In this document: positions 26,070 through 40,165 of the stretch, one piece after another
How the letters are laid out: every line of letters starts with the position of its first letter
Position numbering within the stretch: position 1 is the first letter of the stretch
Source of the DNA: Lama guanicoe
Taxonomy: Eukaryota
Direction: 5' to 3'
Length of the DNA stretch: 64,000 nt
NCBI GenBank assembly: GCA_013239625.1
Contig: MU053520.1
Coordinates: forward strand, 1,145,103-1,209,102
Made by a program: the position numbers and the translations under genes
Notes under the pieces: generated by a model
What the model was told of the DNA's origin: nothing
Database searches by the model: none
What the model saw: the letters and a program-made list of their open reading frames with translations, nothing else

Positions 26070-26270
26070 TGATACCACCTTAATATTTACAGTGCATTTA
26101 GGCTCAGTTCATCTCAGATAATCCTCACAATGACGGTCAGAATGAGGCACTCTTAATTTTCCAGTTTTACAAATGAGAATACTTAAGGTTCAAAGAGGTT
26201 AAGTAACTTGTCTTGGGTTATACAATTAATAATGAAATTGGGAATCAAATCCTGATTGATAGACTTCAAA
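26070..26270 (-). mobile_element. MIR relic
   Basis: AATCCTCACAA...TTTTACAAATGAG...GAGGTTAAGTAACTTG. Confidence 0.7.
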
Positions 26271-26664
26271 GATACGATAATGCACCAACATACAGGAGGT
26301 TTACAGATATAAAAATATAAGCCACATCTTTTTTTTTTTTGGTTAACAAAACCCTGTATTAATTCTATAGTTTAAAAGCACAATTTATACGAAAATCTCA
26401 TTCTAAAAAAGAAACAGCCTAATGCTCAATTGAAGCACTTAGATTCACAGTAAATCACCTCCCTGCTCCTGCCCTTCCTTCTTCTCATATTTTCCTGGCT
26501 TTTTTTTTTTCCTCCTGCAATGTTGAATTGGAAAAGTGAGTGAGTAACCATTAACATATTAATACCCATCATCTAGACATATTCATTCCTACTAATGCAT
26601 CCTAAGATTGCACTGACTTGTCAGAGTCAATAACGCTGTTGTTACACTGAGTTTGTAGTTATAA

Positions 26665-27020
26665 CATTCAGGAATGCTGTCTGCTGCAAGAAAACCAGAC
26701 ACAGGGGCTTAAATAAATGGGAAAATAGACATCAAAGACACAAAATTTGGAGGGAGGCATTACCTGCTGTATCCATGGCTTGACAAGCTTCCAGCCAACA
26801 TCCCTGTGATTTCCTGGCCTAGGTGTTGCTTCAGGACACCAAGGTGGTTACCCTGCTGCCGTATTAAAAGTAGGAAATTAGAAGGAGAGAGAGCTTTACA
26901 ATTGCATTTTTCTTTTCTTGATGGAGAAAGCACATCTTCCCCTATTTCTGTTTTTGTCACATAGACCAGATCTGAGCTACATGGCCACCCTTCAGTAAGG
27001 GAGAAGGGATGCTAAATGAG
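26665..27020 (-). mobile_element. Old MLT1 (J/K-like) LTR fragment
   Basis: GCTGCAAG...GGCTTAAATAAA...CATGGCCACCC...AAGGGAG. Confidence 0.5.
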
Positions 27021-30000
27021 TTTCAGGTAGACAGTGAACCATAAGTGCTATGTAAGCCTAAGGGGGAAGGGTACTTGGCTGGGGTACTGAGATGCTGCAT
27101 CTCTCAAATCAAGTGTTGCTTCCTAAAGACATCTTTCTTGACCCTCCAAGCTCTGTCAGATCCCCTCTTACCTGTTCTAACAGTGCTCCAGGTTGTTTCC
27201 CGCAGTCTTTGTCACAGTTATAATAGTTGCTTGTTTAAGAATGGACATCTTAAATCTGGGATATTTCTTAGAGAGTGCTTTGGAGTAGACACTAAGAATT
27301 GGTCATTATTTAAGGATCTGGGTTTTTTACAGCTCTCTATGCATGTTTAATATGCCCTAAAATATTTACTCCATATAGCTTAGGTACTGCACTTGAAAGA
27401 CATTTCATCTGACATTTGAAAATTCAAGCTAGATACTAATCTGTTCAGAAAGTATGTTAGTCTGCATTTGTATTCAGAATTATTTCAAAAAGTGAATTGT
27501 AATTTCCTTCTTGTTAGCCAGTTTCCACTAAAGAATGAACTGTAACCCAAAGCACAATTGCAAATTCCGGTAAGTGTGACCTATGCTAACATATTAATTT
27601 AGGACAGCACCTCCTTAAATTGTTTTCTCCATGATGTTAGGTGAATTGATCACAGGAGACTTAATAACTTTGGTTTAAGTCTACATCCTTTATAAATCTG
27701 TAATCACTTCTCATCAGACATTCCATTAAAGAGCAGATATTTGAAAAGCAAATTATTGGACTCTTCCCAAGCAGTTTGCTGAATGGTCACATGAACTAAT
27801 TAGTGTTTATTACAACCTACATATCTTTTAAGGGAAGCTTTAAGCAGACAAAGCAGCATATTTTAACTAAGAGCAATATATAACTGCTTAGAAGACAGAA
27901 AACAAATTTGAAAGCCTACATATTCTTTTAAAGCTGCCTATTTGTTTCTCAAACCAACAAACAATAATTCCTCAAAAGACTATGCACAGTCATTCCGATA
28001 AAGACAAATGTGCCATGATCAATATATTTTAATTAAATAGAGAGCATCTATCAATGTAAAGATGTACATGTATAGGACTGGGATGATTGCATCAGCTCAA
28101 TCATTGTAATTGTTTTAGGTGGTCCTTCTTAGGATGCATGAGCATACTAGTCCTATTAAGGAATAATTTTCTATATTTAAATTGCAAGAAAAAAATCTGC
28201 ATAGGAAAAGGGGTCATTAAGCATGTAGCAGCACTTTAAAGACTATCTACTCAGATGAAAAAAATATATTCACAACCTAAGAGTGGACCTAGCCAAAATT
28301 TAATTCCACCTCCTCTACTCCTAAGACCTGGTGAGAAAGAAAAGGATAAAGTATAGAATAAAGAGATAACCAGTCTCACCATTCATGGAATGTGATGCAT
28401 GCCATGCAGTCTTTTGTTGCATCAGCCTCTCTATTAATTGGGAGCCCCGATTAGCAGGTTTCTTCCTTCTGCAGTTGAGGGAGGCCTAGGTTTGGGTCAT
28501 CAGGCTATACCAGGTGAAACAGAAGCAGCATCTTTCACTGGGAGCCTCACCTATTTGCTCGGCCTGCCCCCAAACCACCTCAGATCTCTCTTTAAGAGGC
28601 AGTACCTGCTATATTCCTGACTCATGCCACTCAGGGACAAATAACCTGCTAACCTGTTTTGTTTTATGACATTACCTGTTTTTTTTTCTCTCTTGTTTAA
28701 TTATTTATCACTTTATTTTTATTCTTATATTTCTTTATTTTAACACACCTAGAAAGTAATTCTCATGACAACAAAGGCTGTGGCTCTTTACATTACCACA
28801 GAAACCCCAGAATTTAGAACGTGTTTCGGTTTGTAACAGACTTTTAATAATCCTTTGTGAAATGAACGAATTAAGGTGAATGCGTAAAACAAAACAAAAC
28901 AAAACAAAAAACAATGTCCTGGAGATTCAATTAAGTGTTAGTGTTTTTCCTCATAAACTCCAAGTAAAATTACCAGGAGCAAAGCCACAGTAAAATTTTG
29001 TTCTTAGTGATTTTTAGTCTGCTTGGAAAATCATATTGTAAGCTTACTTCTCTCTTCTCTCTTGAATATTTTAACTGAGGAGTTTTTATCTGCACTGCCA
29101 GATAGAACAGGCTATTGAGCCAAAGTACATCAAAAAACCCAAAACCAGGGCACTGAAGATCAAGAGATGGTAGCCTGGCAGACTTTGAAACATAATGAGG
29201 AGGATATGAAGTCCTAAGAGTGTGGAGTCCAAGCTATTTGACAATTCCTTATGGGTAAGCAAGCATATTTTTGTTTTTGTCCAGATTACTAGACCATGAT
29301 CCAGAAAGTGGATTCAAGCATTCTGGGATAGATAAACCACAAGTGACACCGCTGGGAACCAAACTGAAGGGAGACTAACAGGCATTTTCCACCTCCCTAT
29401 TTCAGGAACTTTATACCAGATGTGGAAACAATCCTTTTTCATCTCTGAGCCAGCCTGACAGCTTTCTCTGAGTTTTAAGTTTTGGAAATCCCACTGGAAG
29501 CAGCAAACACCGTATGTGAAGAATCATTCAATGAAACAACGAGAGGGTATGGCTTTCGCAGAACTTTCAGGGCCCTGGTGTCTACTGAGAAAATGCATTT
29601 AAAAGTTGCTTTGATCTTCTTAAATTCAATTTAATTTGCAGAACTATGAGAGGAAAAGCAATCTTCTTAACTATCTTGATTTGATACTAATCCAGCTTAA
29701 GATAATCGTTCATATTTCTTTAATTATAGTTTTAAAAAACAGTAGGTTAATAGGCATTAATCATAATATGCTTCCTTGCTTAACAGAAAACACTGGGAAG
29801 GCAAGAATTAACCTTGCTACAAATGCCTGACTTTCTTACTAGCATAATAAATAGTGTTGACCATATGATTAGCCTCTCAGCTACCCAAAGACCAGGAATG
29901 TGAGGGTCTATGAGGAAACCCCCTGTCAAAAGCCCTACTAACTCAGTTTGTGGTATTAGGTAAATAACTTCTGATCACAGGGCTTCCATTTCTTTATGCA

Positions 30001-30080
30001 AAACATAGATGTGAGGATGTGGTCCAGTTACCCTCATCTTAATTACAGCAGGTTAGCTATTTTCTGTTTTAAGCATTAGG

Positions 30081-30489
30081 TGTAGTGGATTGAATGATGG
30101 CACCTAAAAAATATATTTACGCCTTGGAAACTGTAAATGTGACCTTTGCAGATGTAATTAAGTTAAGGATCTTGAGGTGATATCTTCCTGGATGACCCTG
30201 GTAGACTCAAAATCCAGTGACCAGTGTACTTATAAGAGACGGAGGAAGATGTCATGTGTGGATAGAGACAGAGCGTCGAGGAAGGTGGCTACAAGCCAAA
30301 GAACACCTGGAACCATCAGAAGCATGAAGATACAAGATTGTCCCCAAGAGCCTTCAGAGAAAAAGCGTGGTCCTGTTAATACATTGACTTCAGACTTCTG
30401 GCCTCTGGAACTGTAAGAGAATAAATTTCTGTTGTTTAAAATACCCCATTTGTGATCATTTGTTTCAATGGCTACAGGAAATGAGTATA
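30081..30489 (+). mobile_element. MLT1 (C/D-like) MaLR solo LTR
   Basis: TGTAGTGGATTGAAT start, TTTGCAGATGTAATTAAGTTAAGGATCTTGAG, AATAAATTTCTGTTGTTT. Confidence 0.85.
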
Positions 30490-30494
30490 GCCAG

Positions 30495-31520
30495 TGTCTG
30501 ACAGGTATGAAAATTTTATTCGAACTGGTTACAAGGAAGCAAATTTAATGACAATACTTTTGAGAGAAGTATGGGCAAGATCAAAAGGCCCAAATGAGCA
30601 CTAAGGGATAAGCAAACCCAAGTAGGAACTTTTGCCACCTTGAAACCTAGAGAGACAAAAGGAAGGAGCAGCTTTATCTCTATGGGGCTTTAGGTAGTTA
30701 GACAAGTGGGGACACCAGGCAGGCAGGTGGAGGAGAGGGAGGATGGTCTGGAAGAAGGTGTTATGCCCACCTCCAGCATAAAGGGGCTTTACTTCTTCTA
30801 AATGAGTGTCAGCAAGGAGCCAGTTAGAACCTGACGGCCCCAGCTGCGCGGTAGCAAGAAGGACCTAACTGGACATAACCCAATGCTCATTGTGCTGTAA
30901 TTAACATTGTGATTTTGGCCCCAGCATGGGTTTTTCTGTATACACCATGGGTAAGGACATGTGTAAAGGGGCCAAACATGACTAAGCAGTCCAGTGCAAG
31001 AGCCACCAACCAACCAAAAGACCACCTCTAAGCAAGGGTACTAAGAGAAGGGACAAACAAAGGCCACTGTGATTGTCTGTTGAATCAGCCTCCCTCCCGT
31101 CCTTGGAGGTATAGCTTTCCTAAATAAATCCTTTGCTACACAATGCTCTCCATCTTCCATCTAATCTTCTCTTTTGTGTATGACAAGAACTGGAGTCTTT
31201 TCCTTTTCCTTTTGGGGTAACAGGGCTGAAAGAGCTGGAGATGTGCAGGAGGAACCACTCAGAGGGACCTGTAGAGGTACACCAGCACTGAGGAAGATGC
31301 ACGGTCAACGCAGCAAGGGAGCCAGAGGAGACGTGCAGAAAATGCACTGGCTTCTTTTCTCCTCCTCATCCTCCAGGGTCTTGGTGGTTTCTCTCATTGT
31401 CCAAATACAACCAGGGGCAGAAGCAAGGAACCTGAAGATTACATCCTATAGGGCTGAGCCCTCTGGGGGGCAGGGCAGAGCAGAGAATGGCTGGGGGAAA
31501 TCAAGTGCAGGCTAACTTGC
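30495..31520. mobile_element. Old ERVL-type LTR (LTR33/LTR41-like) interrupted by the family A LTR
   Basis: LTR-like sequence on both sides of the 30689-31222 insertion; family assignment tentative. Confidence 0.4.
30689..31222 (+). mobile_element. ERV1-type solo LTR (family A, copy 2)
   Basis: Ends GGGGTAACA, perfect TSD GGGC (30685-30688 and 31223-31226), collinear with 457-1008. Confidence 0.87.
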
Positions 31521-31612
31521 AGAAGTGCCAAATAAGATTTCGTTTTTAAAAAGGAATTTACTGGGGAAAGAAAAGTGTAAAATCTCTGAAGATTATTTCC
31601 AGATACTATTTT

Positions 31613-32350
31613 TTTTCTTTTAAAAAAATACCTTTATTGTGATATGATTCCTGTACAATAAACTGCACATATTTCAGATGTATAATTGGAAGAATTTTGA
31701 TAGATATATACACCAATGAAACCAATACCACAATTTCCATCACTCCCCAAGAGGTGCAAAGTTTTTTTTTAACATTTTTTATTGATTTATAATCATTTTA
31801 CAATGTTGTGTCAAATTCCAGTGTTCAGCACAATTTTTCAGTCATTCATGGACATATACACACTCATTGTCACATTTTTTCTCTGTGATTTATCATAACA
31901 TTTTGTGTATATTTCCCTGTGCTATACAGTGTAATCTTGTTTATCTATTCTACAATTTTGAAATCCCAGTCTATCCCTTCCCACCCTCTACCCCTCTGGT
32001 AACCACAAGTCTGTATTCTCTGTCCATGAGTCTATTTCTGTCCTGTATTTATGCTTTGTTTTTGTTTGTTTTTGTTTTTGTTTTTTAGATTCCACATATG
32101 ACCTGCACCCCAATGTTCATAGCAGCACTATTTACAATAGCCAAAACATGGAAACAGCCTAAATGTCCATCAACAGGTGACTGGATAAAGAAGATGTGGT
32201 ATATTTATACAATGGAATACTACTCAGCCATAAAAACCGACAACATAATGCCATTTGCAGCAACATGGATGCTCCTAGAGAATGTCATTCTAAGTGAAGT
32301 AAGCCAGAAAGAGAAAGAAAAATACCATATGAGATCGCTCATATGTGGAA
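31613..32350 (-). mobile_element. Young L1 insertion with 5' inversion and 3' transduction
   Basis: TSD TCCAGATACTATTTT (31598-31612 and 32351-32365). Minus-strand 3' UTR 31762-32100, plus-strand ORF2 end 32101-32352, extra segment 31622-31761. Confidence 0.92.
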
Positions 32351-33399
32351 TCCAGATACTATTTTAACTCTGACAGTCTACGTTTCTCTGAAACACTGTA
32401 TAGAAACATGTTTCTCTGTCCTAAATTTCAGTTTTCTCTACTTTGCAAGAAATTGCCTCAACAAAGTTTAATACATCTTTAATAAATCTCTTCCATCAGC
32501 CCAGTAGAAGGAGCCTAGAATTTGTATAACATTTCCAAGAACTCTTGGAGGTTATTTATATAAATCCTCAAGTAGACCTTATAACAACTATGTAATGAAA
32601 GTAGTATTGTATCCATATTATATAAAATTAGACTGAGACTGGAGAAATTGAGTAAAATTTTCATGGCTAATAAACAACTAAGCTGAGGTCTAAGTCATTT
32701 CTATCTGACACTAAGAGCTGCTCTTGCCACTCTTCCCTGATGCCTTAATTGTACCTAACATCCCGAAATTAAGTATTACTGCTCCCTTCCCCTCCGCTAA
32801 ACCTATCATCAAACTAGAAAACTGTGTAAGTTAAGATTCTGCTGAATAGAAAACAGGCAAACATCCTGCGGTCTTCTGAAGTTCTATTTTTATATCAGTT
32901 GACTGCTTGATTACCATCCCCAACCATATTTGGGATAAGAAAATTAAAATATTAATGGTCACCAGCTAATAATAATCTTTATTAATATGCACAAATCATC
33001 CTCATATTCTCTTATTATTAATTACAAAATGTTTCCCATTCATTATGAAATAAGAAAAAAATTATCACCCCACTGTAGACAATTAGACAGTTGCAAAAAA
33101 TATAAAACAAATGTTTTTAGAGATTGGGCTGCAGATAGTTTATGTCTGTGATACTTCATAAATGGAAAACAAGTGAAAAAGTAAGCCCCATTGCTATGGC
33201 TTTCTACTTGGAGACATATTACAGACTTACAATGTGAAAAGTGGGGTCCAAGCAGGCACACTGGGTTTGCTCTCTTGAGGAGAAAAGAGATTAGATGTCA
33301 AGTCAGCAGGAAGTTTCTGGGCAGGATTCTGGGGAGGAGGGAGCCACACAGGGGAAAATATAAAATTAAATTAAAGATGATAAAATGAGTTTCTTAAAG

Positions 33400-35095
33400 C
33401 TCCAGAAATCTCCAGAGGTTTCCTTGAATTTTGGCTGAAAATTATGTATGCATAAGATGAAACTCCTTTGGTCTGGGCAAAGACCAACTGGGGGATTATA
33501 ACCTGAGCAATTTAAAGCTCACACAGGACATGATGACAATTTAGTTCTGAGCAGCCAGAAAGCAGCATTCTCTTTTAACACCTGGAATATTCAGGTAATA
33601 CTCCAAACTAGTCATACCATAGTAGTGGAGCCAACATTTCTAGAATTAAGACTAGTGTAGACTTCCTGTAATAAAGCTTAAAGTGAGTCTTGAATAGATC
33701 AAGCTAATCTGCAAGTAATTTAACTGTATGCCAAAACCAAGCCTAACACTTTCAAGAGGAGGACAACAGAATCCAGACACCAAGCAGGGTAATATTCATG
33801 AAGTCTAGAAGCCCATAAAAATTTCTCAATGTGTCAAAAAATAGGAAAGTACAGCATCACCTGGAAAAAAATCAGCCAATAGAAACAAAACTCAAAATGA
33901 CAGAGATGATAAAATTTGAAGATGACTTAAATTCAACCATTAAACATCTTATGGTTACTGGGGAAAAGCGGTGGGAAAGGATAAATTTGGGAGTCTGATA
34001 TTTACTAATGTTAGCCACTATATACAAAAATAGATTTAAATTTTTTTCTTCTATATAGCACAGGGAACTATGTTCAATATCTTATAATAGACTTTAATAA
34101 AAAAATGAAAATGAATGTATGTATATATATGCATGACTGGGACATTGTGCTGTACACCAGAAATTGACACATTGTAATTTATTGAATTTCAATAAAAAAA
34201 AATAGGTTCAGTGTGCCTAAAGATTTAAAGTAGAACATAATCTTAAGAAGGGAAGTAAAAGATAAAAAAGAGCCAAACATCTGAAATAAAAATTCTGCTT
34301 GGTGAAATTAATAGTAGACTACAGAAAAATAAATCAGTAATTAAAAGAATTTAAAGTGAATTATTACCAAGAATAAATAAGAACATTTCATAATGATAAG
34401 GTGTCAAGTCTTCAAGAAAACATAACAATTCTAGGTGAGTGTACCCGATAACAGACCTTCAAAATACATAAAGCAAAGTGGTATAACTTCTTTTCAAAAT
34501 ACTTCAGCAAATTGGTAAAAAGTTAGATCTACAAGTACCATGTTGCCATTCCATTCCTAAACATGAATACCGAGAGAAATGAAGCATTGTTCCATACAAA
34601 GGACTTGTACATGAATGTCTATGCCAATTTTCTTTGCACTAAAATAAAAACTAAAATAAGCCAAATTTCTATTATAGATGGGTGAGTAAGCAAAGTGTGG
34701 TGTATTTATGTACAAAGGGACACTCCTGAGAAATACAAAGAAATAAATTACTGATAGAAAATAACAACAGAGCTGATTCTTAAAAATGGTATGCTAGACA
34801 TAAGGAGTTAGGCACAGGGGAGTATGAACTACATGTTTCTATTTACAAAGAACTCTAGAAAGTCAAATCATTTCTAAAGTGGTAGAAACTCAACAGTTTC
34901 ATGATGTCAGGATGCCTATGGGGTGACTGACTGGGAAGGGGCATCAGAAAATGTTCTGCTATAAAGGAAGTATTCTACTTTGTGATTGTTGAAGTGGTTA
35001 TGGGGTATATCTTTTCATTGAACTCATCTAACTGTACACTTAAAATGGGTCTACTGTATTGTATGTATTTATACTAATATAAAGTTGATGCAAAA
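33400..35095 (+). mobile_element. Degenerate old L1M fragments
   Basis: A-rich L1-like sequence ending in a typical L1M 3' end (GTACACTTAAAATGGGT...TAAAGTTGA). Confidence 0.55.
33946..34202 (+). mobile_element. L1 3' UTR fragment nested in an older L1M
   Basis: Collinear with the 3' UTR at 50680-50925; ends AATAAAAAAAA. Confidence 0.85.
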
Positions 35096-36050
35096 TATGG
35101 TATGCATTTTTGAGTTTAATAAAAATTTGCTAAGAAAGTTCCATGCACAATACTGTTAACAATACTGTCAACAATATGTTAAAAAGTGCTGGAATAAAAT
35201 TTTGTTTGTTTTCTCCAAGCATTCATAATGTAGTAGGGCACACTGATAAGCACATTGTCACTTCAAACCAAAGGCAGTGGGTGTTGCATACCATGCACCC
35301 TTCTAAGAATTTTCATGGTACTGTATTTCTTAAAATATCACTTTTATGTGTGATTTCTCACAAACTATAAAAATATTTGATACATGATACAGGTATGTAT
35401 TGTTCAAATCCTTTAGCTCAGAGGAAATGAAACATTTGAAAAGTCTGGGAAATAAAGAACTTTGTAGAAGATATATAAAAGTTGGAGATTTCTGGGTCAC
35501 TGAATTCCATACTTCTGAATTTCCTTCACCTTGCTTGTGTTGCTGAAAAGTTGGGGTAGTTTTCTCACTCCTTTTTGAGGACTTAGTGAAATGCTTCATT
35601 TGCAAAACATTTTTAAACACACAGTGAACTCTGCCCCTCAGGTATATTCTCAGTTGTGTCTGCTTTTCCCAGATTACTGGGCAAAGTGCTCTTCATCATA
35701 GAATCTCAGATCGGAAGAACTTAAAAAAAAAAACAGAAGAAGTGACTTCCACTTTATATAGCACCTCCCCCTCCATCAGTAATATTTGCTCTCTTCCATT
35801 TCTTCTCTCCCCTCTCAGTCCCTTCATTCCTTTGCTCCTTCCTTCCAACAGGAAGGTGCTCTTAAGAAAGGTAGTGATGTGTTTGAAGATCCTCCTTCAC
35901 TCAGCAGCCCAGACCCCTTATGAAGTCTGTGTTGTAACACTAAGATCATCTGACCAGGAAGAGGATCATGGCTATTTTGTTTGTCCTAATTTATGCCTAC
36001 ATGAATTATATGTATGTTGCAAAGAGAAAATGCTCAATGTGGAAGTAATG

Positions 36051-36130
36051 TATTTTTTAAATTTTTCTTTCTTTCCTTTAAAAAATTATCTATTTTTAAA
36101 ATTTTCTTTCTTTCTTTTAAAAAATTTGTC
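36051..36130. repeat. 40-bp imperfect tandem duplication
   Basis: TATTTTTTAAATTTTTCTTTCTTTCCTTTAAAAAATTATC followed by TATTTTTAAAATTTTCTTTCTTTCTTTTAAAAAATTTGTC. Confidence 0.85.
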
Positions 36131-39100
36131 ATAAAAACATACTATACATTCTAGACCATGACACATTTCTCTGTCTACCCCTCCCCCAATTTTTCGGGGA
36201 TTGAGAATGATTGAGATGCTGTCATTTAAAAGAACCCCTTTAATTTAATGAATTCAAATTCAGATATTCTAATAAGCAGGAGAAAATTTTTGTAGGAAGA
36301 AATGGCTAAAAAATAGATGTTCATGCTATCATCCTGACTTCCACTTTCCCTGGAGAGTTTTTCAGTTTCACACTCCTGCTGCCATTGCATGTTGGCCCCA
36401 GGGTTTGCTTCAATCCTTTTCATACTTTGAACCTGAACTAAATCTCTTTTCTTGATTCCTCTTGGTACAGCTAATACAGACTGGAGATTTGTAAAAGACA
36501 TTTCTAAACACCAATGGATGACAAATGTTAAATAAACTCAATGACTCCTGGAGCTCCCAACCACTTGGCTTACAAATTATGGGATTCTATTAGCCAGCTG
36601 GTTTCCAGGACTCTTACTCTTTTGTCTAGGTTTCAACTTTGTAAGTTGGGCAGTAACTCACCTCTAGGTTGACACACCTTAAACTTTCTGATGCCTTCTT
36701 AGTCAAGAACCATTTCCTGCTCATCTAGCACTTTCAGTTCTGATTTCCAGCCTGAGGTTTGAGCACTTTTGTGAAATGGGTACCTGGGATAATGTCTCCT
36801 TTGACATGGTTCTTATCTACTAGATAGAGAGATGCAGCATAGTTCCCAAGATGGGACATACAATATACCAATATCTCAATGAAGCATTATGTTTATGTAA
36901 GAAACATTTTACCTAAGCCATGAAATGGTTGTCCATTCCTTGCAAAAGCCTGCAACGGGTGGGTGCCTCTATGCACAAAAGGCTAACCTGGAAATGTTTC
37001 CTGAAAGGAAGCTGCACGCTCCAATATTCTACCATTTTTGCTTGACCTTGAAAATGTCTTCTTCCCGCTTTTGAAGGAAGTGAGTTTTACCCATTCTCTC
37101 ACCTGCCCTTGTGATTGCCACAAAAAAGCTATGAGAATTTTAGATAATACCAGGTCAAACGATAGACTTAAATGTTGTGAAGCCAAGGAAATAAAAAGAA
37201 GTGCCAAGCAGGATGTCATTTGAATCTACCTCCTGGCACTCTGTTATCGCTGCTGTCTGAAGTCATTGAGCCCTGACAAAGCACAAACGCAACTCTGATT
37301 GCTAAAGAGTAGGGAGGCAGGTGATGGGCTTTCTGGTGAGGCAGAATCTTTAAATCCCTGACAGCAAATCTCTAAATTCTTGACAGAAGCCCCACCATAA
37401 TACTCTAAGCATTTCTTTGGGTTATCTGATGCTTCATGACTCTTACAGACATGGAAATACAAAGCTGGGTGACAGGGGATGAAATTTACTGCTGGGCAGA
37501 GGCTTTCTACAAATATATTCGTGAAAAGTAAAGGACTATGGGGCCAGAGGAGAGTAAAAGATGTTTAAACCCTCCTTTGAATTTCATTAGGATCTTTCAT
37601 AGATGTGGTCCCCAGTAGGAATAGGATGCTTAAGAATTACTTCTTAAAGATATAATCATGACTCTCATACAAACATAAAACATATTAGTATCAAAAATTT
37701 TATCTAGCTCATCAATTAATGAGGGAACTAGTCAGATGTTAGAGCAGGTTCAAAGGAGGATTCAAAGTACCACACGTAATAGACATATAAGGAACGCTGA
37801 AGTGAATTTACAAATGGAGGTTAACTGGCAGTTTACAAAAAGAAGTAAAATAAAATTGCATTCCACCAGACACAAATAATTGCATTTCTACAGGCCAGAA
37901 TCACTGCAATTATTTTCATTTTGTTTCTTGGACACTTTACAGAGTTGTAAGTGAGTTCAAACATAGGGAAATGTGGCTGCAGCCTAGAAGTATGCACAGC
38001 ACAGAACACATGGTGATCGTTTCTCCCGCCCCCATTTTTTTCATTCTTTCCCCATAATTTTTCCTTAATAAAAAAAAATAGCTTTCCAATGGAAAAGTTT
38101 TTTAAACCCTTCAATGGTCAGTGTTTTGATTTACCTAACTGATAGCTGAATAAACAAATGGAGAGACAGTACTGGGTATGTGCTAGTGTGTTATACAATT
38201 TTAAGTCATCACTGTTAGGGCAGCATGTCTGTGACTTCTTTATACTCAGCAGAGCCCTCATTCCAGAAGAACTATTGTCATCATGTTTGCATCTTCTCTA
38301 ATCACTGCTATATCTGAAAACGTACTTTAATTGACTCCATCAAATAAAGACTATTAAAAAGTAAGATATTTGAAATACATCTTCAAGATTAAGCTACTCA
38401 AGTATCATTAAAATGCTGTATAGAAAGTTGCCTCCAAACATGTATTACTCAAGGAGAAAAACTTTTAAAAGGAAAAGAAGAATGAATGTGTAAGGTCTGA
38501 GGTATACGATGAGGAAAATGAGAAAAGGCCAAAAGGTCTTTTGGGGACCCAAGGTTTTTGCTGATAAATTAATGAGGTCTTTAGCTTCTAAAGTGTTCAA
38601 AGCTCCAAAAAGAAATTAATTTTTAAAACCCTTCTGCCCTAGATAACAGCTTGAAAATAACACTTTAAAATTTTTGCATTGCCTGTTTTTTATCATATGT
38701 AATCGATGTTATGTTTAATGCAGCATAACACTTCAAGTGATTAAGGGCCTGGTGGGGGCATTAACAACGCAAGGCCTTATTCATATCTACTCTAATGATT
38801 TTATAATGGGGACTTTATTATGTTAATTATGACTACTGGGATTCAAAATAAAGCAAATGAAATCCAAGAAACTCCACTTTGATAAAAAAGCTGTTACCAA
38901 ATTTGTTGACATAGGTGGTTACTTGCACAAATGGAAACAAGAGGTTTTATGACTATTAATCATTACAAGCTTAATGGGCTTTATAGTAATTACTAAGTTA
39001 GTTTACCCATTATTGCTGGGTTTTAGGTATTTCTTTTTTCCTCCACAGCATAAAATACAAATTAAATCTTTATATTGTTACAGCTTCAGCATTTGAGTTG

Positions 39101-40165
39101 GCTGTCATGCAATGTCAAGATGATTTGCTCCAATTCTTATATCTGCCCACCTGTCAACCCCATCTAACAGCAAAACTTAATTCAGAGCAGATTTTCCTGT
39201 TGCTGTCTTACAGAGTATTTGGATGGTGTATAGTTTTAATACAGCAAGTTGCTTATCAGAAGCAAAAATTGCTAGACCCCCTCCCTCTGGAGGGGAGGAG
39301 GTAGCTTAAAATAACTACTGTTGTTGTGAATCTGCAAGTACTTGCTGATAGTAATTAGAGAAGTTCTGTATCATTTTAAACTATTTGGTCTCTGATGAGC
39401 ACAATAATGTCTTTGGGTTTTGTGCAGAAAGCTTTCTCTACAGACATGAGCAGCTGAGGCTGCCAAATAAAATATCATTTGGAAAAAGAAGATTTCCTAC
39501 ATACCCACAAGCCAACCAAGTATAGGAAGGAGAGCTAGTGTGGCAGTCAAGCTAGTGGGAGGCAAGCGAGTCAATACTTGTGAATAATTATGAATTGCGT
39601 TGCTCCTTAAAAGCAGTAGAGATTGGGAAACGGTGTAATTTGCCATGCTTGTTTGTAACTCCAGCAATATACTGCTTGTAATAAGATTTCACACTTTAAT
39701 TCATCTGAGAACCTTGTGGTGTTTTACAAGCACTAATTACTGAGAATCTCACCATGCTTCACTAAGACAAGCAAAGGCTTCTGCACAGATCCTTTTTTAA
39801 AGTTGGTAAATAGGAGGAGAAAATTCATCATTCTAAGAGCACTTAGAGAATTAAGAGAAAAAATTCAAAAACAGCTGGCAGACATCATAGGCTTTTCTTT
39901 TTAGACCATCACAATCCTAAAACAGTATGAAGTTCATCCTAGGAATAATGGATTCTCTTTTTCTAATAAATCTTGATTCAAAATTTATTACTGAGTGCTT
40001 CTATGGGGTAGACATTGAACAAGACATAAGGGCGACAGGCATGTGGGTCGCATCCCATAAGTCCTTGCCATTTGTGCTGTGATGAAGTTACATATAGAGA
40101 TTGAAGGGTGTGGGAACAGACAGCAGAGTGCCTTAATCTACTCAGGGAAGTTGGAATTGTGGTTG

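Noticed and set aside
457..31222. Two same-orientation LTRs as ends of one 30-kb provirus
   Set aside because: Each has its own distinct TSD, they are clearly diverged, and there is no gag/pol/env between them.
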